This document shows, one piece after another, positions 31,811 through 32,000 of a stretch of 32,000 nucleotides of DNA (positions within the stretch are counted from its first letter, which is position 1; each line of letters starts with the position of its first letter). The notes below the pieces were generated by a model. That model was not told where the DNA came from and ran no database searches. It saw nothing but the letters and a program-made list of their open reading frames with translations. The DNA comes from Erysipelotrichaceae bacterium. GTDB lineage: Bacteria; Bacillota_I; Bacilli_A; Erysipelotrichales; Coprobacillaceae. Position numbers and translations under genes: made by a program. The stretch is taken from positions 16,575 to 48,574 of the forward strand of contig JAQVDW010000011.1 in the NCBI GenBank assembly GCA_028698185.1, read 5' to 3'.

Positions 31811-32000
31811 GATTGAGACAAATTTGCGACAAATCCGGGGAAAAAAGCGGTTATAATATTATTGTAAAAACAGCTGTCAAGCGAAATTGAAAATGTCTTG
31901 AAAATTGTTAAATATTAGCACCATTTTCACGGTGCTGCTGTCTTGCAACATAGTTCATATAAGAAGCTTGCTTCCACGGATGACTTAATGGTGGAATGTA

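Noticed and set aside
1-32000. Looked for CRISPR arrays, IS or transposon ends, integrases, phage genes, toxin-antitoxin pairs, defence-system ATPases or nucleases, and tRNA or rRNA genes.
   Set aside because: None was found. The only repeats are the protein-level MORN array and short promoter-proximal dyads. All intergenic regions are under 400 nt and are mostly explained by promoters, terminators and two riboswitches.

Overview
This 32 kb window looks like ordinary chromosome from a low-GC Gram-positive (Firmicutes-type), probably anaerobic bacterium. That reading rests on strong GGAGG-type Shine-Dalgarno sites, ECF S-component genes behind riboswitches, and an [FeFe]-hydrogenase. I support 30 protein-coding genes, and one of them (1..2220, minus strand) is missing from the ORF track because it runs off the window edge. 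There are two clear riboswitches: preQ1-I upstream of queT and FMN upstream of ribU. Several intrinsic terminators and sigma-A-like promoters are also readable. I found no rRNA, tRNA, CRISPR array, transposase, integrase or phage gene.

Gene content by position:
- 1-4.4 kb: a translationally coupled minus-strand operon of an ICMT-like membrane methyltransferase, a GH3-family adenylating enzyme, and a multi-TM/GAF/degenerate-GGDEF/HD-GYP sensor.
- 4.8-7.3 kb: a GH1 6-phospho-beta-glucosidase and manA.
- 7.4-12.1 kb: a lipoprotein, a Rieske oxygenase, a DUF1003 protein, a YdeI-like protein and a protein made only of about 20 MORN repeats.
- 12.2-15.4 kb: queT, cysE, DUF523 and ribU.
- 15.5-20.2 kb: a GGDEF cyclase, the fetAB-like exporter, a HAD-IB hydrolase and an NSS transporter.
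- 20.3-24.7 kb: a two-Cys ArsR (BigR/SqrR/YgaV-like) regulator divergent from an 822-aa CoA-disulfide-reductase/rhodanese/TusA/DsrE fusion, followed by a group-B-like [FeFe] hydrogenase.
- 24.8-31.8 kb: a rhomboid protease, an AEC transporter, a CoA-binding protein coupled to pntAA-pntAB-pntB, an ABC exporter and a NifU-like protein.

The most unusual items are the GH3/ICMT-like/HD-GYP operon and the persulfide-type regulator plus four-domain sulfur-trafficking fusion next to the hydrogenase. An unexplained 295-nt spacer at 14258..14552 and a heavily structured GH1 leader also deserve a look. All functional calls come from motif recognition by eye, and nothing was searched against a database.
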